A stretch of DNA of 64,000 bases. Source: Syntrophales bacterium. GTDB lineage: Bacteria > Desulfobacterota > Syntrophia > Syntrophales > PHBD01. The stretch spans positions 640,001 to 704,000 of the forward strand of contig OY764159.1 in the NCBI GenBank assembly GCA_963668175.1, given 5' to 3'. How positions within the stretch are numbered: the first letter of the stretch is position 1; every line of letters starts with the position of its first letter. Positions 18,179 through 28,812 of this stretch are shown in pieces. The position numbers were made by a program, and so were the translations under genes. The notes beneath the pieces are model-generated. The model saw nothing but the letters and a program-made list of their open reading frames with translations. It was not told where the DNA came from and did no database searches.

Positions 18179-19642
18179 CTATGAGACAACGAGCGCCTTC
18201 GTCTGGGTATCGCTCCCGACGACGTCGATCAGGTTCTGAATATAATTTTTCGTTTGCTCGGCCTGAGCGCTCATCTCTTCCGAAGCACTTGCGGACTCCT
18301 CGGCATTGGCGGCGGTTTGCTGCACGACTTTGTCGATTTCCGCGATCGCCTTATTGATATGGTCGATCCCTGACGCCTGTTCCTTGGTCGTGTCTCCGAC
18401 CTGCTTGATCAGTTCGAAGGTTGTCTTGCCCAGTTCGCCCATGTTGTAGAATTCTTCCAGGGCCTTTGCAACGAGGGTGATACCCTTTTCGATATTCGCC
18501 AGGGTGTCCCCGATGATGGCATCCGTGTTCCTCGCAGCTTCGGCGGAACGAAGGGCCAAATTGCGAACTTCGTCGGCAACGACCGCAAATCCTGCTCCGG
18601 CCTCGCCGGCACGGGCTGCTTCCACCGCAGCGTTAAGGGCAAGAAGGTTGATCTGAAAAGCAATGTCGTCGCTGTTCTTTGTAATCTTGGACGCCTGAAC
18701 GCCCGCTTCGCCTGTTTTCTTGATGCAATCGTTGGCCTCCCGAAGCGATTTGTGGCAGGCCTTCTGTAATTGATACGTCGACGCCCCCGATTTAAACAAT
18801 TGATCGACGCGATCGACATTCTGCTTGGTCAGAGTCGATAATTCCTCAAGAGAAGATGACGCCTCCTGAAGAGACGCTGCGGATTCCGAGGCTCCGGAGG
18901 CGAGGGATTGGCTCGTCACGGAAATCTGCCCGGATGCGGACGCCATTTGAAAAGCCGACTCGGAAAGGCCGTCTATGACTTTGTTGATCGGCTTCGTTAT
19001 ATAATTGGCAAAAAAGAAACCTAAGGCCACGGCTAAAATGACACCGGCGGCGGTGCCGACGGACGTTACGATCGATGTCCACTCGGCGGTGGCAGCAGCA
19101 TGTTTTCCATGCTCCTCGGACAGCCTCGTATTCATCGTGACGGCATCCTTTAAAAGTCTATCGACCGCCCCGACTGCCTCTTTCGCCTTGCCATTGGAAT
19201 AAGCGAGGGCCTCATCCCGTTTTTCGCTTTTTAGGAGGGCCATAACTTGATTGTGTTCCTTGCGCCAAGCCTCCCATGCCGACTTCAACTTGTTCCATAG
19301 AGCGGCTTCGTCCGGAGACTTTGCGAGCCCGTCGAGGCCCTGAAAACCTTGCTCCGCCGCCTTCCACTCATTATCGAGGTCTGCGGTCTGGCGGGTTCGT
19401 TCCCCGCTGTCCTTGAATATTTCCGGGATGAGTATGCTGCGTTCCCCTTTTTGAATGGCGACCCTTGCCTCACTGATGGCCCCCAGGTTTTTCATCGCAG
19501 GTATCCTCGTTCCGTAGACTTCGCCGAGGTCGCTGCTCAGCAGATAGGAGCTGAACCAGCCGACTAATCCGCCGCCCAGGATCAAGCATGCCGTAATCAC
19601 AAAACCACCGATCAATTTAACACTGAGTTTCGCATTTTTCAT
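18179..19642 (-). CDS. Methyl-accepting chemotaxis protein
   Basis: TM-4HB sensor-TM; hairpin tip IAFQINLLALNAAVEAARAGEAGAGFAVVADEVRNLA. Confidence 0.95.
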   Translation of the reverse strand: MKNAKLSVKLIGGFVITACLILGGGLVGWFSSYLLSSDLGEVYGTRIPAMKNLGAISEARVAIQKGERSILIPEIFKDSGERTRQTADLDNEWKAAEQGFQGLDGLAKSPDEAALWNKLKSAWEAWRKEHNQVMALLKSEKRDEALAYSNGKAKEAVGAVDRLLKDAVTMNTRLSEEHGKHAAATAEWTSIVTSVGTAAGVILAVALGFFFANYITKPINKVIDGLSESAFQMASASGQISVTSQSLASGASESAASLQEASSSLEELSTLTKQNVDRVDQLFKSGASTYQLQKACHKSLREANDCIKKTGEAGVQASKITKNSDDIAFQINLLALNAAVEAARAGEAGAGFAVVADEVRNLALRSAEAARNTDAIIGDTLANIEKGITLVAKALEEFYNMGELGKTTFELIKQVGDTTKEQASGIDHINKAIAEIDKVVQQTAANAEESASASEEMSAQAEQTKNYIQNLIDVVGSDTQTKALVVS

Positions 19643-19854
19643 AAACGGGACCTCGTGTTTAAATTAGATGATTCGTACCGTTACACCTTGCCGCAGGGCA
19701 GGCATACACAGTGCAATCCGGAAATCAACTTATATACAGGATAGCACGTCTATAGCATACTTTTTAAAATGTTGTTAATAAAATATCGTCTTTTTGATAT
19801 TTTGCATCTCCGGCGGACCGGCATCAAAATAATGACCATCCATGTTAACGAATC

Positions 19855-21258
19855 CTACCATTTGATTCCGTTCTGTTTTAGATAGGCACGGGCCTCTTCA
19901 AGTCCGAGGCGCGCCGCTGCTTTGTATTCTCTTACGGATGCCTCAATGTATCCCAGACTCTGGTAGACGCTGCCGCGGTTGAAGTAAGCTTCGGCGTAAC
20001 GGGGATTGATGCGGATGGCCATATCCAGGTCGCCAACGGCGGCCTGGTCGTCACCGGAGAAGTGATGGGCCGTGCCGAGATAATACCATGCTTCGGCGTT
20101 TCCGGGCGAAAGATCGAGGGCCTTCGATAGATCTTTTATAGCGGGATCATATAACTTCGCGCGAACATATCCGGCACCCCTCCTGACCAAAGCGTCCACA
20201 TAGTTCGGATTCAGTTCCAGGGCGGACGTGAAGTCCCGGAGGGCATTCTGAGCTTGATCAGTCAGGGCATAGGCCGTTCCCCTGTGATACCACGCTGCAG
20301 CGCTGGCCGGATTCAACTCGAGGGCTCTCGAGTAGTCCTGTATCGCCTGAACGTAATGACCCTCTGCAAATCGGATGTTGCCCCGATCCACATGAGCCTC
20401 CGTGTAATTCGGATTGAGGCGGATGGCTTCATCGTAGTCTCTGAGAGCGCTTCCCGTTTTGCCGATTCGTCTGTAAGCCGCGGCGCGGTTGAAGTGGGCC
20501 TCCGGGTCGTCCGGTTCCATTTTCAGGAAGCGGCTATAGTCGGCGATGGCTTCCTGGTAATGGCCTGCCAGGTATCGTGCCAGCCCCCGGTTGAAATAGG
20601 ACGTACTGTCTTTGGGATTCATTTGAATGGAGCGGTTAAATGCCTTGACGGCGTTTCCGTAATCCGCCTGATGAATCAGGACAAATCCGCGTTCGGCCCA
20701 ATCCGTGGCCTTCAACGTCTGGATGTTTCTCCTGTAACGCGATGTATCCGTTTCGTCTTCGGCCTGCTTATGGGCGCGGAGCCTATCCAATTCCTCCAAA
20801 GCGTCCGACGCTTGTTTCTTTAGTTTTTCCAGTTCCCTCGTCTTCTGGCGGTCCCTCCTGATGTCGTCGACACGTTTCGCCACCCAGTCCGGATCGACTA
20901 CCAGCTTGGCTTTCAGGCGGTAGGTTTGCCCGTCCCATTTTTCCTCGATGATTTCCGTACTGACGACCCCTGCGGTCATAACGGATATTTGATCCTTGGA
21001 CAGCTGGTAATTCTTTATCTCTGTTTCGCTTTCCAGGTACGCGCCGAGTTCTTCCAGAAGCTGCCTTTTGACTTGTTCCAAAGCGATGGTTCGGCTTGTC
21101 ACTTTGCTGTCGATGTCGCTGGCATGATAGGTATACTCTCTGATGAATGTCTTCGTCCGGGCGTGGGCCGGGGCGCTGTAACTCCCCAAGGCCATGACGG
21201 TCAATACCGCGATGAAACCCGCCGCCGTTTTGGGTAAAATGTCTCTTAAGAATGTCAT
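19855..21258 (-). CDS. Exported tetratricopeptide-repeat protein
   Basis: Signal peptide ending AHA, N-terminal globular domain, coiled coil, about 8 TPRs (AxxDYxxAIxLNP). Confidence 0.88.
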   Translation of the reverse strand: MTFLRDILPKTAAGFIAVLTVMALGSYSAPAHARTKTFIREYTYHASDIDSKVTSRTIALEQVKRQLLEELGAYLESETEIKNYQLSKDQISVMTAGVVSTEIIEEKWDGQTYRLKAKLVVDPDWVAKRVDDIRRDRQKTRELEKLKKQASDALEELDRLRAHKQAEDETDTSRYRRNIQTLKATDWAERGFVLIHQADYGNAVKAFNRSIQMNPKDSTSYFNRGLARYLAGHYQEAIADYSRFLKMEPDDPEAHFNRAAAYRRIGKTGSALRDYDEAIRLNPNYTEAHVDRGNIRFAEGHYVQAIQDYSRALELNPASAAAWYHRGTAYALTDQAQNALRDFTSALELNPNYVDALVRRGAGYVRAKLYDPAIKDLSKALDLSPGNAEAWYYLGTAHHFSGDDQAAVGDLDMAIRINPRYAEAYFNRGSVYQSLGYIEASVREYKAAARLGLEEARAYLKQNGIKW

Positions 21259-21289
21259 TGATGTCCTATTCTCCAGGGTCACGTGTTGC

Positions 21290-21317
21290 TTGACAAACAG
21301 GCGAAAAACTGTATAGA
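21290..21317 (+). promoter_or_regulatory. Putative sigma70 promoter of the PAS-HD-GYP gene
   Basis: TTGACA-16 bp-TATAGA in an AT-rich divergent intergenic region. Confidence 0.45.
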
Positions 21318-21412
21318 TATCATACTATTATTTTTACGGAATAATCAATGATAGTATCACCTGCTATTCTTGTATCCGGATCTTGCCATGGAAAATGCGA
21401 AGCTGACAGAAA

Positions 21413-23230
21413 ATGAGCAATAATATCCAGAGACAGAAACGCCACGCGATAGAGCGAAACAAGAGCAAGGTGAGCGTAGGGAAAATAGAATCCCACTTGG
21501 CCGACATGATGGAACAGATGCCCCTGGTGTTTTTCGAAGTGGATGCTGCGGGCAATCTTATCTACATCAACCCGGCGGGGTTGGCGCTTTTCGGTTTGAG
21601 CGGCTCCGACTTAGAAAAGGGTGTGCATAGCCTACAAATCCTGACTGCAGAGACTTTTGCCCTGATCAGTAAAGACCTGACTGATACACAGCTTCCGCAA
21701 AAAGATATCCATTCGAGCGCCGTGGCAAAAAAGAGCAATGGCGAGATGTTCCCTGTGCGAATCTATGCCTCCCCCATCAGGAAACAGGGTGAGAGGTCCG
21801 GCAGCAGCGTGATTCTCGTCGATATGACGAGGCAGCAGTTGATGGAGACGGCGCTTTTGGAGAGCGAAGGGCGGTTTCGCATGCTCTATCAAACAGCCAA
21901 TGATTCCATCATGGCGATTCACGGCGGCAAAATTATCGACTGCAATGCGAAAACGCTGGAAATATTCCGCTGTGCAAAGCAGCAAATCGTCGGTCTCGCC
22001 CCCTGGGCATTATCCCCGGAACTGCAGTCGGATGGCCGGCCCGCCAAGGAAACGATGCAGGAAAAAATCGACCTCGCCCTGCAGGGCAGTCCGCAATTTT
22101 TTGAGTGGAAATATCGCCGCAGCGATGAATCCGTATTCGATGCCGAAGTCAGCCTGCATCGCATAGAGTACCGGGGCAAGATCATCATCCAGGCCCTCAT
22201 CCGGGATATCATGCTTCGGAAGCAAACCCATGACAGGCTGAGAAAATCGGAAGAGCAGTATCGGCTCCTGATCGAAAATGCCAACGACGCCATCTTCGTC
22301 ATCCAGGACGGCTTGATCAAATTCGCCAACAGGAAAACAAGCCGCATTCTCGGCTATTATAAGGAAGATTTAAAAGATTTGTACTTTATAGACCTGATTC
22401 ACCAGGAGGATCGGAAGATCGTCCTGGAGCGGTATCTCCAGAAGATCAAGGAGGAGCATAACGCCGATGCCACGCCTTTCAGGTGCCTGGACAAGCGGGG
22501 TCGCATCAAGTGGATGGAAATCAATTCGGCCCTGATCATCTGGGACGACAGGCCGGCCGTTATGGTCTTCGCCAAGGACGTTACCGACCGCAGGAGGATC
22601 GAGGAAAATCTTCAAAAGAGCTTCCGGCGCAATTTTGAGAAAATCCAAAAAACGCTGGAAACGACGATTGAAACCATCGGCCTCATCGTGGAAACGAGGG
22701 ACCCCTATACATCCGGCCATCAAAAACGGGTGGCCATTCTGGCCAGTGCCATCGCAGCCGAGATGAATCTCTTTGAGGAACAGAAGAGCGCCGTCCGGAC
22801 GGCGGCGACGGTTCACGATGTGGGCAAGATTTACATCCCGGCGGAGGTGTTGAGCAAACCGGGTAAGCTTACGCCTACCGAGTTTGGCTTGATGAAGACC
22901 CATCCCCAAGTCGGCTTCGACATCTTGAAAAATATCGAGTTTCCTTCCCCTATTGCGACCATCGTCCTGCAGCATCACGAAAGGATAGACGGCTCGGGAT
23001 ATCCCAAGGGGTTGAGCGGGAAGAATATCTTCATTGAAGCAAGAATTATCGCCGTGGCCGATGTTGTCGAGGCCATGGCGTCGCACCGACCCTACAGGCC
23101 TACTCTGGGGCTCGATATGGCGCTCGAAGAGATATCCAGAAACCGCGGCATCTTTTATGATGCAGACGTGGTCGACGCCTGCCTTTCCCTCTTTCTGCAG
23201 AAGGGCTTTAAGCTACCCAGCATTCCCTGA
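21413..23230 (+). CDS. Triple-PAS HD-GYP cyclic dinucleotide phosphodiesterase
   Basis: Three PAS/PAC-like segments; RDPYTSGH, HDVGK, HHERIDGSGYP, RPYR. Exact start uncertain. Confidence 0.9.
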   Translation: MSNNIQRQKRHAIERNKSKVSVGKIESHLADMMEQMPLVFFEVDAAGNLIYINPAGLALFGLSGSDLEKGVHSLQILTAETFALISKDLTDTQLPQKDIHSSAVAKKSNGEMFPVRIYASPIRKQGERSGSSVILVDMTRQQLMETALLESEGRFRMLYQTANDSIMAIHGGKIIDCNAKTLEIFRCAKQQIVGLAPWALSPELQSDGRPAKETMQEKIDLALQGSPQFFEWKYRRSDESVFDAEVSLHRIEYRGKIIIQALIRDIMLRKQTHDRLRKSEEQYRLLIENANDAIFVIQDGLIKFANRKTSRILGYYKEDLKDLYFIDLIHQEDRKIVLERYLQKIKEEHNADATPFRCLDKRGRIKWMEINSALIIWDDRPAVMVFAKDVTDRRRIEENLQKSFRRNFEKIQKTLETTIETIGLIVETRDPYTSGHQKRVAILASAIAAEMNLFEEQKSAVRTAATVHDVGKIYIPAEVLSKPGKLTPTEFGLMKTHPQVGFDILKNIEFPSPIATIVLQHHERIDGSGYPKGLSGKNIFIEARIIAVADVVEAMASHRPYRPTLGLDMALEEISRNRGIFYDADVVDACLSLFLQKGFKLPSIP

Positions 23231-23653
23231 ATCCTGGTCTTCCGGGATATTCCGCAGCTTACCGTATAGAGCATCGAGGATGCCGTTGATAAAGGCCCCC
23301 GAATTCTCGGAGCCATAAAGCTTGCCGAGATCGATGGCTTCATTCAATGTCACTTTAGGGGGGATATCGGGGCAGTATTGAAGTTCATAGACGGCCATGC
23401 GCAGAATGGCTTTATCCACTTTGGACATTCTGGGTAAAGACCAGTGTTCGGAGCAACTGGCGATCAAGTCGTCTATTTCGTGACGGTGATCCCAGGTTCC
23501 TTCGATCAATATGGTCGAAAAATCCCTCGCTTCCTGTGAGGCCTCAAAATTCTTCCAGAAAAGATCTATCACTTCCGTGATATTGCTTTCCAGAATGTCC
23601 AATGTGTAAAGAACCTGTAAGGCAACTTCTCGTGCCTTCCTGCGCTGGTGCAT
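23213..23653 (-). CDS. nusB: Transcription antitermination factor NusB
   Basis: RRKAREVALQ, DKAILRMAVYE, NEAIDLGK, FINGILD; start at MHQRRK. Confidence 0.95.
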   Translation of the reverse strand: MHQRRKAREVALQVLYTLDILESNITEVIDLFWKNFEASQEARDFSTILIEGTWDHRHEIDDLIASCSEHWSLPRMSKVDKAILRMAVYELQYCPDIPPKVTLNEAIDLGKLYGSENSGAFINGILDALYGKLRNIPEDQDSGNAG

Positions 23654-23717
23654 TGACGCCTCGGTTATTGCAGCATGCTGCGTCTTTTGATGATGTCCGA
23701 CATCGATACAGAAATCA

Positions 23718-24182
23718 TTATATTTTCTTGAACAGATCGACCATTTCAATGGCCGTCATAGCGGCGTCCCACCCCTTGTTTCCGGCTTTAGTGCCCGCTC
23801 TTTCGATGGCCTGTTCGATGGTATCGGTTGTCAGGACGCCGAAGGCCACGGGGACTTCCGTTTCCAGACCGACCATAGCGATTCCTTTTGTTACTTCCGC
23901 ACTGATGTATTCGAAATGAGGCGTCGCCCCGCGGATAACGGCGCCGAGGCAGATGACGGCATCGTATTTGCCGCTTTTGGCGAGCTTTTTGGCCGCCAGC
24001 GGCAGTTCAAAGGCCCCCGGCACTTTGTAGATCAGCATGTCTTTGGGGTCTGCGCCTGCCCTGGTCAAGGCGTCGACGGCGCCTTCGATCAATCGTCCAC
24101 AGATAAAGTCGTTGAATCGGCTCGCGACGATCCCGAACCTCATTCCTTTGGCTATGATTTTTCCTTCAATCATCTTGGTCAC
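23718..24182 (-). CDS. ribH: 6,7-dimethyl-8-ribityllumazine synthase
   Basis: [32 protein letters not shown] start. Confidence 0.97.
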   Translation of the reverse strand: MTKMIEGKIIAKGMRFGIVASRFNDFICGRLIEGAVDALTRAGADPKDMLIYKVPGAFELPLAAKKLAKSGKYDAVICLGAVIRGATPHFEYISAEVTKGIAMVGLETEVPVAFGVLTTDTIEQAIERAGTKAGNKGWDAAMTAIEMVDLFKKI

Positions 24183-24199
24183 GTTTCCCGCCTCCTCTC

Positions 24200-25402
24200 T
24201 CAGACTTCCAGCATATGCCCCATTTTTTTCTTCTTCGTTTTTAAATACTTGATATTGTTTTCCGTCGGATGGATTTCAATGGGAACCCGGTCCGTGATGG
24301 TGATGCCGTATCCCTGCAGTCCTACCAGTTTCTTGGGGTTGTTCGTCAGCAGGCGCATTTTCCTCACGCCTAAATCGACCAGGATCTGCGCCCCGATTCC
24401 ATAATCCCTCAGATCTGGCTTAAAACCGAGTTCGATATTGGCCTCAACGGTATCCTTGCCCTGCTCCTGCAGCTCGTAAGCCTTGATCTTGTTGACCAAA
24501 CCGATGCCGCGCCCTTCCTGATGCATATAAACGATGGCACCCTTCCCTTCCTTGGCAACCATGGCCATGGCGGTCTGGAGCTGGTCGCCGCAGTCGCACC
24601 GCTCCGAACCGAAAGTATCGCCCGTAAGGCATTCGGAGTGCACCCTCACGAGGACATTGTCTTCCGGAGTGATGTCGCCTTTGACCAGGGCGACATGCTG
24701 CATTTCATCGACATCGTTTTCGTAGACGATGATTCTGAAATCTCCCCCGTACTTGGACGGCAAAGCGGCGGCCGCGGCGCGCCTGATAAGGGATTCGTGC
24801 TGCATGCGGAAATTGATCAGGTCGGCGATCGTGGCGATTTTGATGCCGTGCTCGTCGGCGAAAATCTCCAGGTCCGGCATGCGGGCCATCGTTCCGTCGT
24901 CCTTCATGATCTCGCAGATGACGCCTGTGGGTTTGAGTCCCGCAAGACGGGCGAGATCGACGGAACCTTCCGTTTGGCCCGTTCTGACCAGCACCCCTCC
25001 TCTTCTGGCGCGGATGGGAAAGATGTGCCCGGGGCTGACCAGGTCGTCGCACTGGGCATTGTCGGCAACCGCCGCCCTGATCGTCGTCGCCCGGTCGGCG
25101 GCGGAAATTCCCGTGGAAACGCCCCGTTTGGCTTCGATGGAGACCGTAAAGGCCGTCCCGAAACGGGACCGGTTGTCTCTCACCATCGGAAAGAGGTTGA
25201 GCTTGTCGGCATGGTCTTCCGTCAGGGTGAGGCAGATGAGACCGCGGCCGTATCTTGCCATGAAATTGATGGCGTCGGGTGTGACAAATTCGGAGGCCAT
25301 GCACAGATCGCCTTCGTTTTCTCTATCTTCATCATCGACGAGGATGATCATTTTGCCGTTTTTGATGTCTTCAATGACTTCGTGAATCGGACTTACTTTC
25401 AT
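24200..25402 (-). CDS. ribBA: Bifunctional DHBP synthase / GTP cyclohydrolase II
   Basis: [20 protein letters not shown]...[19 protein letters not shown]. Confidence 0.97.
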   Translation of the reverse strand: MKVSPIHEVIEDIKNGKMIILVDDEDRENEGDLCMASEFVTPDAINFMARYGRGLICLTLTEDHADKLNLFPMVRDNRSRFGTAFTVSIEAKRGVSTGISAADRATTIRAAVADNAQCDDLVSPGHIFPIRARRGGVLVRTGQTEGSVDLARLAGLKPTGVICEIMKDDGTMARMPDLEIFADEHGIKIATIADLINFRMQHESLIRRAAAAALPSKYGGDFRIIVYENDVDEMQHVALVKGDITPEDNVLVRVHSECLTGDTFGSERCDCGDQLQTAMAMVAKEGKGAIVYMHQEGRGIGLVNKIKAYELQEQGKDTVEANIELGFKPDLRDYGIGAQILVDLGVRKMRLLTNNPKKLVGLQGYGITITDRVPIEIHPTENNIKYLKTKKKKMGHMLEV

Positions 25403-25414
25403 TCTTGCTCCTTC

Positions 25415-26062
25415 TTATTTCGTATACCCGTATCGCGCCAAAAAATCCATGTCAATACCGCCGGCGCCCCCCTGGCCCGCAGCCAGGAGTTTCTCGACAT
25501 ATTTGCCGAGGATGTCTGTTTCGATATTGACGGCATCGGCAATTTTCTTAAAACCCAAGGTCGTGGATTTTGCCGTCGTGGGTATCATGTTAACATAAAA
25601 TCTCTTCTTCTCGCACTCATTTACCGTAAGGCTTATCCCGTCGACCGCCACCGATCCTTTGGCGACGATGTACCGCATGTACGCCTCGTCCAGGTCGATG
25701 CCGAAGACAATGGAATTCGATCGCGCCGTCCTTGAGGCGATGGCTCCCACTGTATCCACATGACCGAGGACGATATGGCCGCCCAGAAAATCGTTTACCC
25801 GGAGGGCAAGCTCGAGATTGACCCTGTCTCCTGTTCTGAGCGCCTTTAGGTTCGTTTTGGCCAGCGTTTCCGCCGAGACGTCGGCGGTGAAGCCCTTGTC
25901 CGTTTTGGCCGTAATCGTCAGGCATGCGCCGTTGACGGCGACACTGTCGCCGATTTTCGTTTCATTGAGGGGCAGGGCGGACTCAATGTCGAGGAGCGCA
26001 TCCGCTCCCCTGCCCGTCAAACGCTTTACCGCACCCATCGTCTGTATGATACCGGTAAACAT
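25415..26062 (-). CDS. ribE: Riboflavin synthase alpha chain
   Basis: MFTGII start, GDSVAVNGACLT, GGHIVLGHVD. Confidence 0.96.
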   Translation of the reverse strand: MFTGIIQTMGAVKRLTGRGADALLDIESALPLNETKIGDSVAVNGACLTITAKTDKGFTADVSAETLAKTNLKALRTGDRVNLELALRVNDFLGGHIVLGHVDTVGAIASRTARSNSIVFGIDLDEAYMRYIVAKGSVAVDGISLTVNECEKKRFYVNMIPTTAKSTTLGFKKIADAVNIETDILGKYVEKLLAAGQGGAGGIDMDFLARYGYTK

Positions 26063-26101
26063 AAAGGATCCAAAGATAAAACGGGTAAGCCCGGAGGTCC
26101 C

Positions 26102-26578
26102 TTAATCTTTCTTTTCCTCGTCGTGGTTTGCGTGAAGAAAATCTTTCAATTCGTCTATAAAATCATTAACATCGCGGAATTGCCTGTAAACGGAGGCAAA
26201 CCTGACATAAGCCACACCGTCAAGACGGTGCAATGCCCTCATGATCTTTTCCCCGATGACCGAAGACGGGATCTCCTTTCCCTGGAATTCCTGGCAGGCC
26301 ATTTCCACTTGTTCCACGATGGCGTCGATGGCATCGGCGCTGATCGGCCGCTTCTCGCAGGCCTTTTTCAGACCCGTCCGGATTTTGGACCGGTCGAAGG
26401 TTTCCCTGCGACCGTCCTTTTTGACGATGACAGGCAGGACATCCTCTACGACCTCGTAGGTCGTGAAACGCCGCCCGCAACCGAGACACTCCCGCCGCCG
26501 CCTTATGGCATTGCCCTCTTTGCTCAGACGGGAGTCGATCACTTTATTCTCGCTTCCGGTGCAGAAGGGGCACTTCAT
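26102..26578 (-). CDS. nrdR: Transcriptional repressor NrdR
   Basis: [27 protein letters not shown]-cone, [10 protein letters not shown]. Confidence 0.97.
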   Translation of the reverse strand: MKCPFCTGSENKVIDSRLSKEGNAIRRRRECLGCGRRFTTYEVVEDVLPVIVKKDGRRETFDRSKIRTGLKKACEKRPISADAIDAIVEQVEMACQEFQGKEIPSSVIGEKIMRALHRLDGVAYVRFASVYRQFRDVNDFIDELKDFLHANHDEEKKD

Positions 26579-27030
26579 ATACAGGTCACCTCAACGCCGG
26601 CTTCCGCCAGGAGGTCTTTGGCCAGTTCGTCCTGGTAGGCGCCCTTGATCATGATCCTGACGATACCGGCATTTATAATCATTTTTGCGCAGATGACGCA
26701 AGGATGATTCGTGCAGTATAAGGTCGAGCCCTTGACGCTCACCCCATGATAGGCGGCCTGGATAATGGCATTCTGTTCCGCATGGAGTCCTCGACACAGC
26801 TCGTGGCGCTCGCCGGAAGGGATGTTCCTCTGCTCGCGGAGGCAGCCTATTTCCAGGCAGTGCCGCAATCCCGATGGTGCTCCGTTATAGCCCGTAGCGA
26901 GGACACGGCGGTCCCTGACCAGGGCGGCACCGACAGGGCGCCTCAGACATGAAGAGCGTTTGGCCACCAGCGCCACAATGTCCATGAAATAATCGTCCCA
27001 ATCAGGACGCGTATGTTCGGCCTTCGTCAT
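26575..27030 (-). CDS. dCMP deaminase (ComEB family)
   Basis: [25 protein letters not shown] zinc ligands. Confidence 0.92.
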   Translation of the reverse strand: MTKAEHTRPDWDDYFMDIVALVAKRSSCLRRPVGAALVRDRRVLATGYNGAPSGLRHCLEIGCLREQRNIPSGERHELCRGLHAEQNAIIQAAYHGVSVKGSTLYCTNHPCVICAKMIINAGIVRIMIKGAYQDELAKDLLAEAGVEVTCI

Positions 27031-28283
27031 CACCCCGCCTGCAAGCGTTCCCGATAGAGAGGATATCGGTCACACAGGCGCGTGACTTCCTCCCTGACAT
27101 CGGCAATCTTCCGTTCGTTATGGATATCCCTGAGAATACCGGCGATCAGACCGCCGATCACCTTCATTTCCGGTTCCTTCATGCCCCGCGTGGTGATGGC
27201 CGGCGTTCCTATCCTGATGCCGCTCGTTACCTGGGGGCCTTTGGTGTCAAAGGGTATGCCGTTCTTGTTGACGGTAATTCCGGCCAAATCCAACTTTTCC
27301 TGGGCGTCTTTGCCCGTGATGCCCTTGTCCGTCAGGTCAACCAGCATCAGGTGATTGTCCGTTCCGCCGGAAACGAGACGGAACCCTTCCGAGATCAATG
27401 TGTCGGCCAGGGTTTTTGCATTCTTTACGATTTGTTGCTGGTACTGTTTAAAGCCATCGGTCAGGGCTTCCTGGAAGGCAACCGCCTTAGCCGCGATGAT
27501 ATGCATAAGGGGACCGCCCTGCATACCGGGGAAGACCTTGCTGTTCAGGGTCTTGGCATAAGCTTCCTTGCACATGACAAGCCCCCCTCTGGGGCCCCGG
27601 AGCGTCTTGTGGGTCGTCGAGGTGACGTATTCACAGATAGGGACGGGCGATGGATGGAGTCCGGCGGCTACCAGGCCGGCGACGTGGGCGATGTCCGCAA
27701 CGATCAGCGCCCCCACCTGGTCGGCAACGGTCCGGAAGGCGGTGAAGTCGATCGTCCGCGGATAGGCGCTTGCCCCCACGACGATCAGCTTCGGTTTGTG
27801 TTTCTTGGCCTGGGACTCCACCTCGTTGAAATCGATCGTTTCGGTCTGCCGGTCCACCCCGTAGGCCACAACTTTATAGAGGCGTCCGGAAAAATTGGCC
27901 GGACTGCCGTGAGACAGATGTCCGCCATGGGACAGATTCATGCCCAGAACCGTGTCCCCGGGTTCCAGGACGGAAAAGTAAACGGCCATGTTGGCCTGCG
28001 TCCCTGAATGAGGCTGGACGTTGACATGATCGGCGCCGAAGATCTTCTTGCATCTTTCCACGGCCAGGGTCTCGGCGATATCGACGAACTCGCAGCCGCC
28101 ATAGTAGCGCTTTCCCGGATATCCTTCGGCATACTTGTTCGTCATGATGCCCCCCTGGGCTTCCAGTACGGCCTCACTGACGAAATTTTCCGAAGCAATC
28201 AGCTCCAGTTGGCCCGACTGCCGTCGCGTTTCCTTCAAGATCGCTGCGGCTATTTCCGGATCGGTCTTTGATAAATATGACAT
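27030..28283 (-). CDS. glyA: Serine hydroxymethyltransferase
   Basis: [33 protein letters not shown]; start at MSYLSK after GGAGG. Confidence 0.97.
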   Translation of the reverse strand: MSYLSKTDPEIAAAILKETRRQSGQLELIASENFVSEAVLEAQGGIMTNKYAEGYPGKRYYGGCEFVDIAETLAVERCKKIFGADHVNVQPHSGTQANMAVYFSVLEPGDTVLGMNLSHGGHLSHGSPANFSGRLYKVVAYGVDRQTETIDFNEVESQAKKHKPKLIVVGASAYPRTIDFTAFRTVADQVGALIVADIAHVAGLVAAGLHPSPVPICEYVTSTTHKTLRGPRGGLVMCKEAYAKTLNSKVFPGMQGGPLMHIIAAKAVAFQEALTDGFKQYQQQIVKNAKTLADTLISEGFRLVSGGTDNHLMLVDLTDKGITGKDAQEKLDLAGITVNKNGIPFDTKGPQVTSGIRIGTPAITTRGMKEPEMKVIGGLIAGILRDIHNERKIADVREEVTRLCDRYPLYRERLQAG

Positions 28284-28348
28284 GGCTGCTGTATGTCCTC
28301 CCATTCTTAATGCAATGCTTGATTCTCTCGGTTGCCCGGGCAAAGCAC

Positions 28349-28807
28349 TCAGGATTGCCGGCAAAGCCTCTTTTCCAGTTCGCTTATCTTTTCGAGCCGC
28401 TGCTGATGCCGCCCGCCTTCGAACGCCGTCGAAAGCCAGGTATCGACGATGCGGCGGGCCGTGTCGATATCCGTGCGCCGCCCGGCGAGGACGAGGATAT
28501 TCGTATCGTTATGCAGCCTGCTCATGCGGGCCGTTTCTTCATCCATGCTCAATACGGCGCGTATTCGCGGTAATTTGTTGGCTACGATCGCCATGCCCAC
28601 GCCTGAACCGCAGATCAAGATTCCTCTCGAGAATTTGCCGTCGGCCACCTCTTCGGCAACCTGGCAGCCGAAGTCGGGATAATCGACCGATGCGGTATCA
28701 GACGTGCCCACGTCGGTTACCCGGTGTCCCTTGCTTTCGAGATACGATTTCACGGCTTCCTTCAGCGTGAACCCGGCGTGATCCGACCCGACGATAATAC
28801 GATCCAT
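28349..28807 (-). CDS. rpiB: Ribose-5-phosphate isomerase B
   Basis: GSDHAG, VDYPD, ICGSGVG, HND.N, FEGGRH. Confidence 0.96.
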   Translation of the reverse strand: MDRIIVGSDHAGFTLKEAVKSYLESKGHRVTDVGTSDTASVDYPDFGCQVAEEVADGKFSRGILICGSGVGMAIVANKLPRIRAVLSMDEETARMSRLHNDTNILVLAGRRTDIDTARRIVDTWLSTAFEGGRHQQRLEKISELEKRLCRQS

Positions 28808-28812
28808 AAATC

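Noticed and set aside
19643..19854. c-di-GMP/cGAMP (GEMM) riboswitch upstream of the MCP gene
   Set aside because: No GGCAAA...GAAA...GCAAA pattern found by eye on the coding strand.
18009..23230. Integrative element at tRNA-Asn
   Set aside because: No integrase and no duplicated tRNA 3' end seen.
26063..26101. ribD 3' remnant (one frame reads DLRAYP)
   Set aside because: Too short to tell from chance.
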